DNA of 62,096 nucleotides, counting the filler, from a bacterium (GTDB lineage: Bacteria > JALSQH01), in the NCBI GenBank assembly GCA_027004335.1. It is 9 parts of 9 records of this genome, joined end to end, with 100 filler letters (N's around TTAATTAATTAA, not from the genome) between each part and the next. Parts side by side here need not be neighbours in the genome. Positions count along the whole stretch, not along the records: positions 26,825 to 32,286 come from JALTID010000014.1; positions 32,387 to 37,836 come from JALTID010000015.1; positions 37,937 to 43,338 come from JALTID010000016.1; 6 more parts are not named here. One strand, given 5' to 3'. Shown in pieces: positions 29,899-38,402 of the stretch (positions are counted from its first letter, which is position 1; every line of letters starts with the position of its first letter). The position numbers were made by a program, and so were the translations under genes. The notes beneath the pieces were generated by a model. The model saw only the letters and a list, made by a program, of their open reading frames with translations. It ran no database searches and was not told the origin of the DNA.

Positions 29899-30510
29899 AT
29901 GGGTAGAAAGCCGTCTGGAAAAGTTCCTCCGAAGAAGAGAATACTAAGAGCTGCGGAACAGCTATTTATTAAACAGGGGTACAGGAATACCACAATGAGA
30001 CAAATTGCTTCTAAATCAAAAATGGGGGTTGGAAATATATACTACTATTTCAAAAATAAATACGAGATTTTCTACACCCTCATTTCTCAACCCGATCCTA
30101 TAGAAAGGTTTGCTCCTCTATTTGAGGTATTTTTTGATCCGCAGGTTTTTCCCGAGGATGTAGAGAGAATTGGTGAAGTTATAGAAAATTTGTATCAAAA
30201 AAACAGAAGCTTTTTTATCCTCCTTACAATTGATGCACTTGAATTCAAAGGAAAACATGCTTCTATTGTAGTTAATTTTGTTCCAGAAGAAAATTTACAC
30301 ATATTTAGGGAAATGATGGGACCCCATGTAAAAGATAAAATTCGTGACGATATGGATATATACTTTATCTCAAAATTGATTGTACAGGTTTATATGAATT
30401 TCTTCATTACCGAGGATCTCTATGGTGGGAAACAACATCTTGGATATCCGAGAAAGGAAACTATTACCAAAATTGCCAGAGTTCTCAAAGAAGGTTTCTT
30501 AAAAAGATAA
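29899..30510 (+). CDS. TetR/AcrR-family transcriptional regulator
   Basis: ILRAAEQLF..QGY..TTMRQIA....G.GNIYYYFKNK. Confidence 0.92.
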   Translation: MGRKPSGKVPPKKRILRAAEQLFIKQGYRNTTMRQIASKSKMGVGNIYYYFKNKYEIFYTLISQPDPIERFAPLFEVFFDPQVFPEDVERIGEVIENLYQKNRSFFILLTIDALEFKGKHASIVVNFVPEENLHIFREMMGPHVKDKIRDDMDIYFISKLIVQVYMNFFITEDLYGGKQHLGYPRKETITKIARVLKEGFLKR

Positions 30511-30548
30511 ACTTGATTATAAGTTTTATATGCTTATAATTGTTAATA

Positions 30549-31052
30549 ATGAAAGAAATTTTTCCCTTACCGAATAATTTGACCCCAAGTCTTGAGGATT
30601 ATTTAAAAACAATTTTAATCCTTTCACAGGAAAAAAAGGTTGCAAGAGTAAAGGAAATTTCAGAAAAATTGGGAGTCAAAACCGCGTCAGTTGTAGGAGC
30701 TCTCAAAAGTCTTGAAAGGAAGGGGTATATTATCCATGAAAGATATGGATATGTGGAATTGACCAGTGAAGGTGAAAAAATTGCGGTTAAATTATACTAT
30801 AGACATCAAATCCTGAAAAAATTTTTCAAAGAGATTCTTGCCCTGGATGAAGAAGAAGCGGCAAAGAATGCGTGTCAGATAGAACATTATCTTACCGAAG
30901 TAGCTGTTGAAAGGTTATTGAAGTTTATTGAATTCATTGGGGAATGCCCGGCAGGCCATCCCCAATGGCTTCAGAAATTTTTTACTTTTGTGGAAACCGG
31001 TAAAAAACCGCCCGAATGTGAAAAAATGGAGGAAGATAATGGAACTGTTTGA
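30549..31052 (+). CDS. DtxR/MntR-family metal-dependent transcriptional regulator
   Basis: SLEDYLKTI, ARVKEIS..LGV..ASV, LT.EG...A.....RH..L..FF, AC.IEH. Confidence 0.92.
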   Translation: MKEIFPLPNNLTPSLEDYLKTILILSQEKKVARVKEISEKLGVKTASVVGALKSLERKGYIIHERYGYVELTSEGEKIAVKLYYRHQILKKFFKEILALDEEEAAKNACQIEHYLTEVAVERLLKFIEFIGECPAGHPQWLQKFFTFVETGKKPPECEKMEEDNGTV

Positions 31053-32256
31053 GCTTTACAGAGAAATTTCTGTGAAAAATGAAAAAAAAATTCTGTTGAT
31101 CGTTCTGGATGGAATCGGTGATTTACCTCTTAAAGAAGATAAGACTCCTCTGGAAGCAGCTAAGACTCCAAATCTTGATATTCTTGCAAGGGAAGCGTCT
31201 CTCGGTTTACATGATCCTGTGGCAAGAGGTATAACCCCCGGGAGTGGTCCTGGGCATCTGGCCCTGTTTGGTTATGATCCTTTAAAATATGATGTAGGAA
31301 GAGGGGTGTTATCAGCTCTCGGGTTAGGAATGGATTTAATGCCAGAGGATGTAGCCGCCAGGGGGAATTTTGCCACAATTGATGAACAGGGAAATGTGCT
31401 GGATAGACGGGCTGGAAGAATTCCAACAGAATTAAACAAAAAACTAATAGGAAAATTAGGTACAAACATTAAAGAAATTGATGGTGTTAAAATTTTTCTT
31501 AAGACCGAAGCTGAACACAGGTTTGCACGTGTTTTAAGGGGAGAAGGTCTTGGGGGAGCTGTGAGTGACACAGATCCTCAGGTCACCGGTAAATCACCTC
31601 TTGTTCCCACAGCTCTGAATAAAGGTTCTGAAAAGACTGCTGAAATAGTAAAAAATTTTATTGAGAAAGCAGGTCAGATACTTGCTGATGAACATCCAGC
31701 AAACTTCATTCTTCTGAGAGGGTTTGACAGACTTCCATTAATTCCCCCTGTTTCAGAAATTTTCAAACTAAAAGCTGGAGCCATTGCATCATACCCAATG
31801 TACAGAGGTGTAGCAAAATTGGTTGGAATGGAGATACTTGGCATAGAAGGCGAAGGAGAAATGCTTGATGAGAAAGTAGAATTATTAAAAACAAAATTCC
31901 CGGAGTATGATTATATCTTCTTTCATATTAAAAAAACAGACAGCTACGGTGAAGATGGTAATTTTGATGCAAAAGTTCATCATATAGAGGAATTTGATAA
32001 TGTTCTTCCTGAAATTTTATCAATAAGTCCTGATGTCCTAGTAATAACAGGAGATCATTCAACACCGGTGCCTCTTAAAAATCACAGTTGGCATCCTGTA
32101 CCAGTTTTACTTAAATCAGAATTTACAAGACCTGATGAGACAACAAGATTTACCGAGAAAGAAGCTCTCAAGGGGAGTCTCGGAAGATTTAAGGGAACGG
32201 AGTTGATGCCACAGTTAATGGCTCATGCTCTCAAGTTCAAAAAATTTGGTGCATAA
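31039..32256 (+). CDS. apgM: 2,3-bisphosphoglycerate-independent phosphoglycerate mutase, archaeal (ApgM) type
   Basis: LDGIGD, TPLEAAKTPNLD, PGSGPGHLALFGYDP, RRAGRI, HIKKTDSYGEDG, TGDHSTP, HSWHPVP; ATG at 31039 follows GGAGG. Confidence 0.93.
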   Translation: MELFELYREISVKNEKKILLIVLDGIGDLPLKEDKTPLEAAKTPNLDILAREASLGLHDPVARGITPGSGPGHLALFGYDPLKYDVGRGVLSALGLGMDLMPEDVAARGNFATIDEQGNVLDRRAGRIPTELNKKLIGKLGTNIKEIDGVKIFLKTEAEHRFARVLRGEGLGGAVSDTDPQVTGKSPLVPTALNKGSEKTAEIVKNFIEKAGQILADEHPANFILLRGFDRLPLIPPVSEIFKLKAGAIASYPMYRGVAKLVGMEILGIEGEGEMLDEKVELLKTKFPEYDYIFFHIKKTDSYGEDGNFDAKVHHIEEFDNVLPEILSISPDVLVITGDHSTPVPLKNHSWHPVPVLLKSEFTRPDETTRFTEKEALKGSLGRFKGTELMPQLMAHALKFKKFGA

Positions 32257-32257
32257 T

Positions 32258-32286
32258 ATGAAGTTTCTTATAGCCGGAAGCGGTGC
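32258..32286 (+). CDS. Start of a Rossmann-fold oxidoreductase (truncated by contig end)
   Basis: MKFLIAGSG(A) begins 1 nt after the apgM stop. Confidence 0.45.
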
Positions 32287-32386
32287 NNNNNNNNNNNNNN
32301 NNNNNNNNNNNNNNNNNNNNNNNNNNNNNNTTAATTAATTAANNNNNNNNNNNNNNNNNNNNNNNNNNNNNNNNNNNNNNNNNNNN

Positions 32387-32737
32387 TTCTAAAAGAGGCC
32401 TTGCGGATTTTCCCCTGTTAGTTACTACCCCCAATTTCTTCCCCTCATTTTTTAAAACTCCAAGGATCTCGGGAATCCCATCTTTTGGTGTTATCATTTC
32501 AAACAATTTTTTAAAATCAAAGTTTCTCCGGAACTCTCTTGCTCTGTTTTGATATGTCTCATCTGGAAAAAGCCTCTTTGTTATCTCTTCTGCCGGTAAA
32601 GTGTAGAACCAGTAGGCATGATCTTCAGGAAATTTCAAGCCAAGATACTTAAACAGCTCTCTGTGATACCTAACTAGTGAATCCTTTGAATTTATCAGAG
32701 TTTCATCAAGATCAAAAATGATTCCTTTAATCACCAC
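32387..32737 (-). CDS. HAD-superfamily hydrolase (3'-truncated)
   Basis: IIFDLDETLINS; LGVVTNR. Confidence 0.85.
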
Positions 32738-33126
32738 TACCTCCTACCTTCTCCACAATCACCATGATGACCTCCCTCCCATTCAATTGTTACAAGAGTA
32801 CCACTTAAATATCCCTTAACTACATCTTCAACTTTTCCTGTAACACCTTTGATCACTTTAATACCTAACTGATTGAAAAAATCAACAGCTTTCCTACCGA
32901 TCCCCTGTGCAAGGACAATATTTCCACCCTGCTCTCTAACCCAGTAGGGGATATCACCGGGGCCGTGATCAGAAAAGTGAACCGGGACAACCTCCACATT
33001 TAGAATCTTTCCATTATCGGAAACATCAATAAAAGTGTAGAATGGTGCCCTTCCAAAATGTTCACTCACAAAGCTCTCAAGTTCCCTATCATCCGCAGAC
33101 GGAATGGACAAACGAACAATCTTCAT
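32737..33126 (-). CDS. NifB/NifX-family (dinitrogenase FeMo-cofactor biosynthesis-like) metal-binding protein
   Basis: VSEHFGRAPFY, GIG.KA...F...GIKV; His/Cys tail GGHHGDC. Confidence 0.85.
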   Translation of the reverse strand: MKIVRLSIPSADDRELESFVSEHFGRAPFYTFIDVSDNGKILNVEVVPVHFSDHGPGDIPYWVREQGGNIVLAQGIGRKAVDFFNQLGIKVIKGVTGKVEDVVKGYLSGTLVTIEWEGGHHGDCGEGRR

Positions 33127-33269
33127 ACTCCCTCCTTCAAGCTTCTTTATATTTTAACACATTGAGAGAAAAAAAACAAAAGGAATTGAGATAAACATAA
33201 TGTTCTAACACTTTTTTCCGCATATGTTATTCTTAAAAGGAGAAAATAAGTCATTCTAAGCTCATCCTA

Positions 33270-35270
33270 TTACTCTCTCTCAAAAACAGGAAGATGCCAG
33301 TCAGCAAAATAATCCCTCAACCAAATTGGACCATCATATTTAATTCCTGAATCCATTGCCTCCCAGATTCCATCCGGAAGATAGATATCTCTTCTCCGGG
33401 AATCTGTAAGATTTGGAGCGACAAGAAGATCCTGACCCAGCATAAATTCATCATCAATGGAGTATGTCTGATAATCCTCAGGGAAATGAAAGAAAAGGGG
33501 TGAAATTACAGGGTACCCTGTATCAAAAGATTGATTAGCAAGAGACAACAGGGTATCTATCATTTTTTCCCTAAGAACAAGAGCATATTTACATACACTT
33601 TCCACATCTGGAGAAAAATCTCCCCTCCAGGGTTTTATTGAAAACTGTACCATGGGAAGAAGAGCTGAAAGCTGACACCATCTTTTCATCAAAACAGAAG
33701 AGGTTTTAGAAACATACTCGTTACCTCCAACCATATCAGGAAGGACAAAAGGATAGCCAATAACACCGAGAGAGAGTGCCTGCATCAAAACACCTCTAAG
33801 ACCGCCATCGCTCCAATCAGAGCTTTTATCAATCTCTCTGACAATGATGCTTTTATTCTGTGATTCATAGGCGCTTCTAACTTCATAACCGTAAGTTTCT
33901 CTTGCAAATTTTACATAATAATCTGTAAATTGATTAGGGGTAACTTTGTAATAGGTAACCCCATCTGAAGGAAGGTAACTTCCATCCCCTGCATCAAACT
34001 TGAATCCATCAATACCATATTTAATCCTAAGGGTAAGGAGTCTGTTTCTGAACCAGTTTGTTGATAGAGGATTTGTAAAATCCACAAGACCTGCATAGGG
34101 AATCAAAAAGAGGGTATCCCACCATGGAATGAGATAGGGTTCTCCGGAAGAGTCCTGAACAAAATAACCCTTAGATGCACCACTGGTAAAATTACTGCTA
34201 TTTTTATTAACAAAGGGAGGTACCCACAGGGTTACAAGGACATCATCATTATGGAGGGTTGAAACCATGGAGGCAGGATCAGGGAATCGGTCAGGATCAA
34301 AATCGGTATCTCCCCACTCCTTCTGCCATTTATCATCTATCTCCATGATCCCGATGGGAAAATCGTGGTCCCTAATTTCATTATAAAAATTCAACACTTC
34401 TTCTTGAGAAATATCCTGCTTAAACTCTGCCCAGGTGGTCCAGATCACTCTTTTTATCATTCTATCCACGATCTCATTATAAGGATCTGTGGTGACAGAG
34501 AGTAATCTATCAGTAATAGAATTTATCCACAGGTAAAAGGTATCTACCGCAGAATCCGATATAATAAGATTAAAGGAAAATTCTCTACTATTTCTCCCTG
34601 TTAAACTGAACTCGTTATTATAAGGCAAAAGAGCCACTCCAAATAGTTGGTAATCAGGAACAAAAAATCCTACGCCTTTCATGGAAAGCCAGAATGGGGT
34701 AATTACATCATTGTAATCTGAAGTATAAAAAGGATCTCTCACGAAAGAAGTTTTATTCAGGATAAATTCACTGGAACCTGTGCAATCTTTATCAAGAAGC
34801 GGTCTGCAACCGATTTCACCCTGGCCATAAAGATAACCAACGGAAGAGAGAAAAAATTTGGCTCCTGGATATCCTTCAGAAGACTTTAGCTGAATATTTA
34901 CCATATTGTAAGAAATTTTTTTCAGTTTAACAGCAAGGAAGAGACTCTCATTTTTCAGTACAAAAGATGTAGCATCATTAGCACTTAATAAGCCTTCCAG
35001 TTTGTTAAAAGAAAATCTTTTCCCATTGACTTCAATAAAAAATTCCCCCTTTATGCTTCCATTAATTCTTCTGGAAGAATGATCCGACTTTACCACGAGA
35101 CTATAATTGCTTATGAGAACATTGCCTTCGGAGTCTACAGAAATAGTAAAATTTGCGCCCTCCTGTCTATTGGTCAGCCGAACTTCCTTATATGATTGTT
35201 CCGAACTACTGCAGGAAGCTAAAAAAAAGGAGAGAAGGGCTATAAAAAAGATCCCAATTATAGCTTTCAT
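33270..35270 (-). CDS. Glycoside hydrolase family 31 lipoprotein, MYORG/NET37-like
   Basis: Lipobox LASC; WTTWAEF; EIDDKW; RFPDP; DFTNP; nucleophile motif DGFKFDAG; LPDMVGGN; F.LG.DLLVAP; YLP.G.W. Confidence 0.88.
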   Translation of the reverse strand: MKAIIGIFFIALLSFFLASCSSSEQSYKEVRLTNRQEGANFTISVDSEGNVLISNYSLVVKSDHSSRRINGSIKGEFFIEVNGKRFSFNKLEGLLSANDATSFVLKNESLFLAVKLKKISYNMVNIQLKSSEGYPGAKFFLSSVGYLYGQGEIGCRPLLDKDCTGSSEFILNKTSFVRDPFYTSDYNDVITPFWLSMKGVGFFVPDYQLFGVALLPYNNEFSLTGRNSREFSFNLIISDSAVDTFYLWINSITDRLLSVTTDPYNEIVDRMIKRVIWTTWAEFKQDISQEEVLNFYNEIRDHDFPIGIMEIDDKWQKEWGDTDFDPDRFPDPASMVSTLHNDDVLVTLWVPPFVNKNSSNFTSGASKGYFVQDSSGEPYLIPWWDTLFLIPYAGLVDFTNPLSTNWFRNRLLTLRIKYGIDGFKFDAGDGSYLPSDGVTYYKVTPNQFTDYYVKFARETYGYEVRSAYESQNKSIIVREIDKSSDWSDGGLRGVLMQALSLGVIGYPFVLPDMVGGNEYVSKTSSVLMKRWCQLSALLPMVQFSIKPWRGDFSPDVESVCKYALVLREKMIDTLLSLANQSFDTGYPVISPLFFHFPEDYQTYSIDDEFMLGQDLLVAPNLTDSRRRDIYLPDGIWEAMDSGIKYDGPIWLRDYFADWHLPVFERE

Positions 35271-35272
35271 TT

Positions 35273-35935
35273 TTATTTTTCGGCTATAAGTAACCTCACC
35301 ATATTTAAGAGAAACTTTTTTTTCTCAAAATTTTTAAATCCAGCTTCAGATAGGATTTTTTCCCAGTCTCTTTTTATAAAATCAAAGGCATATGGGCACT
35401 CAATAGCTTCAAAAACTTTTCTTTTATAAAAAGGGATCTCATTAAGCTCAAACTCGTTGTAATCAAGAATAAAAAACTTCCCACCATCTTTTAAAGATGA
35501 AAAAGCATTTTTTACCACATATAATCTTGACTCATGGGGTAGCCCATGCATAACAAAAGAGATAAAAGCCCTATCAAATCTGTTCTGTAATTCCTCTTCA
35601 AAAGGAATATCTATTCTTCTTTTTTCTACCCTGACATTGCTGTATTTCATACATTTCTTTTTAAATGTTCTTATCATATCCTCACCGATATCCAGGCCAA
35701 GAATTTCGCCCTTTTCCGAAAGAAATTTTCTCATTTTACAGGCGTTATACCCGTTACCTGCACCTAAATCAAGAATCTTATCCTCAGGCTGAATCCCCAT
35801 ACTCCTGACAACTTCCCCAATAAACTTTCCATACCAGCCAAAAGTAACAATATTCCAGAAATGCTCATAATACCTTGCCAGCCATCCACTTATTTCCACG
35901 CTGGAATCAGGGTAGAGTTTTTCATTATTGCCCAC
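35273..35935 (-). CDS. Class I SAM-dependent methyltransferase (UbiE-like)
   Basis: ILDLGAGNG, GLDIG..M, LK.GG.F.ILDY. Confidence 0.88.
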   Translation of the reverse strand: MGNNEKLYPDSSVEISGWLARYYEHFWNIVTFGWYGKFIGEVVRSMGIQPEDKILDLGAGNGYNACKMRKFLSEKGEILGLDIGEDMIRTFKKKCMKYSNVRVEKRRIDIPFEEELQNRFDRAFISFVMHGLPHESRLYVVKNAFSSLKDGGKFFILDYNEFELNEIPFYKRKVFEAIECPYAFDFIKRDWEKILSEAGFKNFEKKKFLLNMVRLLIAEK

Positions 35936-36455
35936 TTTTCCTCCTCATCAAAATTTCCCTCGCTTTATCAATAGATTCATAGAAACACCTAAAAGGAATT
36001 TCAGGAACTTCGTCAAAGGAATAAATTCCTGCATCATCTGCGTCATCACCAGCTTTCAACTCGCCACCCGCAACCTTCACAAGGTAAGTTATAACAAGAA
36101 CATCTCCATAAACTTTTGCGTTATTTCTATAGACCCCCAACAATTCTTCAACTACTCCTTCAAGTCCTGTCTCTTCTTTTAATTCCCTTACAACAGCATC
36201 TTCGGGGTCCTCACCCTCTTCTATAAAACCGCTGGGGGGTGCCCAGACACCCTTTTGTGGCTCTCTTGCTCTGCGAATTAGAACAATCCCCTCCTTATTA
36301 TAAGCAATTGCCCCTACAGATGGAAGGGGATTTCTGTAATGAACATAACCGCAATTTGGACAGTAGGCTCTTTCTCTACCCTCAATAAATTTCATCTCCA
36401 GAGGCGTGGCACAGTATGGACAATATCTAAACTCAGGAGGAATTTTTTCGCTCAT
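35925..36455 (-). CDS. Nudix hydrolase with N-terminal zinc ribbon
   Basis: YCPYC...CPNCG..HY.NP; Nudix box GFIEEGEDPEDAVVRELKEETGL. Confidence 0.92.
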   Translation of the reverse strand: MSEKIPPEFRYCPYCATPLEMKFIEGRERAYCPNCGYVHYRNPLPSVGAIAYNKEGIVLIRRAREPQKGVWAPPSGFIEEGEDPEDAVVRELKEETGLEGVVEELLGVYRNNAKVYGDVLVITYLVKVAGGELKAGDDADDAGIYSFDEVPEIPFRCFYESIDKAREILMRRKSGQ

Positions 36456-37774
36456 TTTGCGAGATACCTCTTAACAATTTCAAACATTACCTTTGTTCCC
36501 CACTCCATATTGTCCACTGAAACCCTCTCATCAATCCCATGTATTCTGTTTAATTCCTCCACAGGAACGATAATTGGCACAATCCCATAACCAAGGGAAC
36601 CCCTCATTCTAAAATATCTGGTATCTGTGATACCAGGTGAAATGAAGGGTAACATTACCACTCCTTCCTCGGAGAGTACATTTTTAATTACGGAGTAGAT
36701 CTCCGTATCAATGGGGGATTCATTGGGATTAAATGAAATAAGAGGCTCTATCTCAACATCATATGGTTCAGCTAACTTTCTCAATTCAGAAAGAAAATCA
36801 TCAACAGTTGTCCCGGGGACGACCCTGCAATCAAGTCTCGCCTCAGCCTCTTCCGGGATCACATTACCCTTATATCCAAGATTCACCATTGTCACACTTA
36901 TTGTGTTTTGAATAGCTGCTCCAAGTTTCGGATTTTCCTCGAGTTTTTTTCTAATAAAACCGATAGATCCAAGTGATTGCACATTATTCATAATCAGTTT
37001 AGCAGCCCCTCCCTGATGACTCGCAAATCCTTTGAAAAATTCCCTCATACTATCTGCAAATTTTAACTGGAATTTGTGGTTAATTAGAATATGCAAGAAT
37101 TCTATGAGCCTGTTGGGGGCACTGTCTTTTATTGGCATTGACCCGTGACCGGGCTGACCTTTTGTTTTTACCTTAACCCAGACAAAACCTTTTTCTCCTG
37201 TGGAGAGAGAAAAAAGCAGTTTATTATCAGGTAGAATCCCGGTAGTTCCATAACCCCCCTCACCAAGTACTACAGGACATTCTGTAAGCTCAGGGTACTT
37301 TTCAAGTACATATTTTGCTCCAGCTTCTCCACCCTCTTCCTCATCAGCAACAGAAAGCATTATCAGGTCTTTTTTCAATTTTATATTGTTCCTCTTCAGG
37401 AGAAACATCACAACTGCATGCATTGCCCCAAGAATTTTAATATCAAGAGCACCTCTACCGTAGATGTAACCATCTTTGATTTCGCCACTGAAAGGATCAA
37501 CACTCCACTGTTTTTTATCAGCAGGAACAACATCAAGATGAGAAAGAAGTAAAAGCCCCTTACCTCCTTCCTCACCAGGGATCCTTGCCCAGAAAGTGGC
37601 TCTCTTCTCATCAGGAGCATCAAGAATTTTGTTTTCAATTCCTTCTTCATCAAACTTTTTCTTAAAAAATTCAGCTAATTCCCTCTCATTACCAGGTGGA
37701 TTTGTGGTATCAAATCTGATTATCTCTTGAAGTAACTCAACTACTTCCTTCCTTACTAACTTAAAATCTATCAT
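36452..37774 (-). CDS. M20/M25/M40-family metallopeptidase / aminoacylase
   Basis: DTTNPPGNE, SHLDVVPA, GRGALDIK, DEEEGG, GHGSMP, GITD.RY, IHGIDER. Confidence 0.92.
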   Translation of the reverse strand: MIDFKLVRKEVVELLQEIIRFDTTNPPGNERELAEFFKKKFDEEGIENKILDAPDEKRATFWARIPGEEGGKGLLLLSHLDVVPADKKQWSVDPFSGEIKDGYIYGRGALDIKILGAMHAVVMFLLKRNNIKLKKDLIMLSVADEEEGGEAGAKYVLEKYPELTECPVVLGEGGYGTTGILPDNKLLFSLSTGEKGFVWVKVKTKGQPGHGSMPIKDSAPNRLIEFLHILINHKFQLKFADSMREFFKGFASHQGGAAKLIMNNVQSLGSIGFIRKKLEENPKLGAAIQNTISVTMVNLGYKGNVIPEEAEARLDCRVVPGTTVDDFLSELRKLAEPYDVEIEPLISFNPNESPIDTEIYSVIKNVLSEEGVVMLPFISPGITDTRYFRMRGSLGYGIVPIIVPVEELNRIHGIDERVSVDNMEWGTKVMFEIVKRYLAK

Positions 37775-37938
37775 TTTTTCTCCTCCTTGTTTTCCAATCC
37801 TTCTTCATCTGTAAGAAATCTTTGCTTCCTTAAATANNNNNNNNNNNNNNNNNNNNNNNNNNNNNNNNNNNNNNNNNNNNTTAATTAATTAANNNNNNNN
37901 NNNNNNNNNNNNNNNNNNNNNNNNNNNNNNNNNNNNGA

Positions 37939-38373
37939 GTTCAGGATGATCCGGAACTTCACAGAGAAATATATGAAACTATTCCACTGGAAATAAGAAC
38001 AAATTATCCTATCTGGAAAGAAAAAATAAAAATCATCAATTACAGAGAGCTTCTTTCAGATTATCATGAAATTTTTGAAAAAATTTTATCCGAAGTAACT
38101 GAGGGACTCTATATTTCCGTTGACATAGATGTAGCCTCTGGCAAGGATCTCTGGGGGGTAAGATTTTTTGAAGGCAGATGGCCATCCTCTGATCAGTTCA
38201 TTGAGATCATCGAGGTATTACTTGATATGATAAAAGAAAAAGGTATTAAACCTGTTGGTATGGACTTCTGTGAATGGGACCCCCTTTTGATGAGCATACC
38301 CCTTCGGGGAGGAGAAAAAGACCAGATTCTCTCAATTCTTGATTCTCTTCTTGAGAAAGTAATAAATTTTTAA
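37939..38373 (+). CDS. Arginase/ureohydrolase-superfamily protein, C-terminal part (5'-truncated; not in ORF track)
   Basis: Frame open from the contig start to TAA 38371-38373; contains LYISVDIDV and VGMDFCEWDP. Confidence 0.7.
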   Translation, partial: VQDDPELHREIYETIPLEIRTNYPIWKEKIKIINYRELLSDYHEIFEKILSEVTEGLYISVDIDVASGKDLWGVRFFEGRWPSSDQFIEIIEVLLDMIKEKGIKPVGMDFCEWDPLLMSIPLRGGEKDQILSILDSLLEKVINF

Positions 38374-38396
38374 AAAAGAGGGGGGAAAACCCCCTC
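38372..38396 (-). terminator. Intrinsic terminator after fadN
   Basis: GAGGGGG/CCCCCTC stem with a flanking A-run that is a U-tract on the minus strand. Confidence 0.7.
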
Positions 38397-38402
38397 AACT
38401 GA

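Noticed and set aside
32737-33126. NifB/NifX-family gene as evidence of nitrogen fixation
   Set aside because: Stand-alone members are common in non-diazotrophic anaerobes, and no nif genes are nearby.
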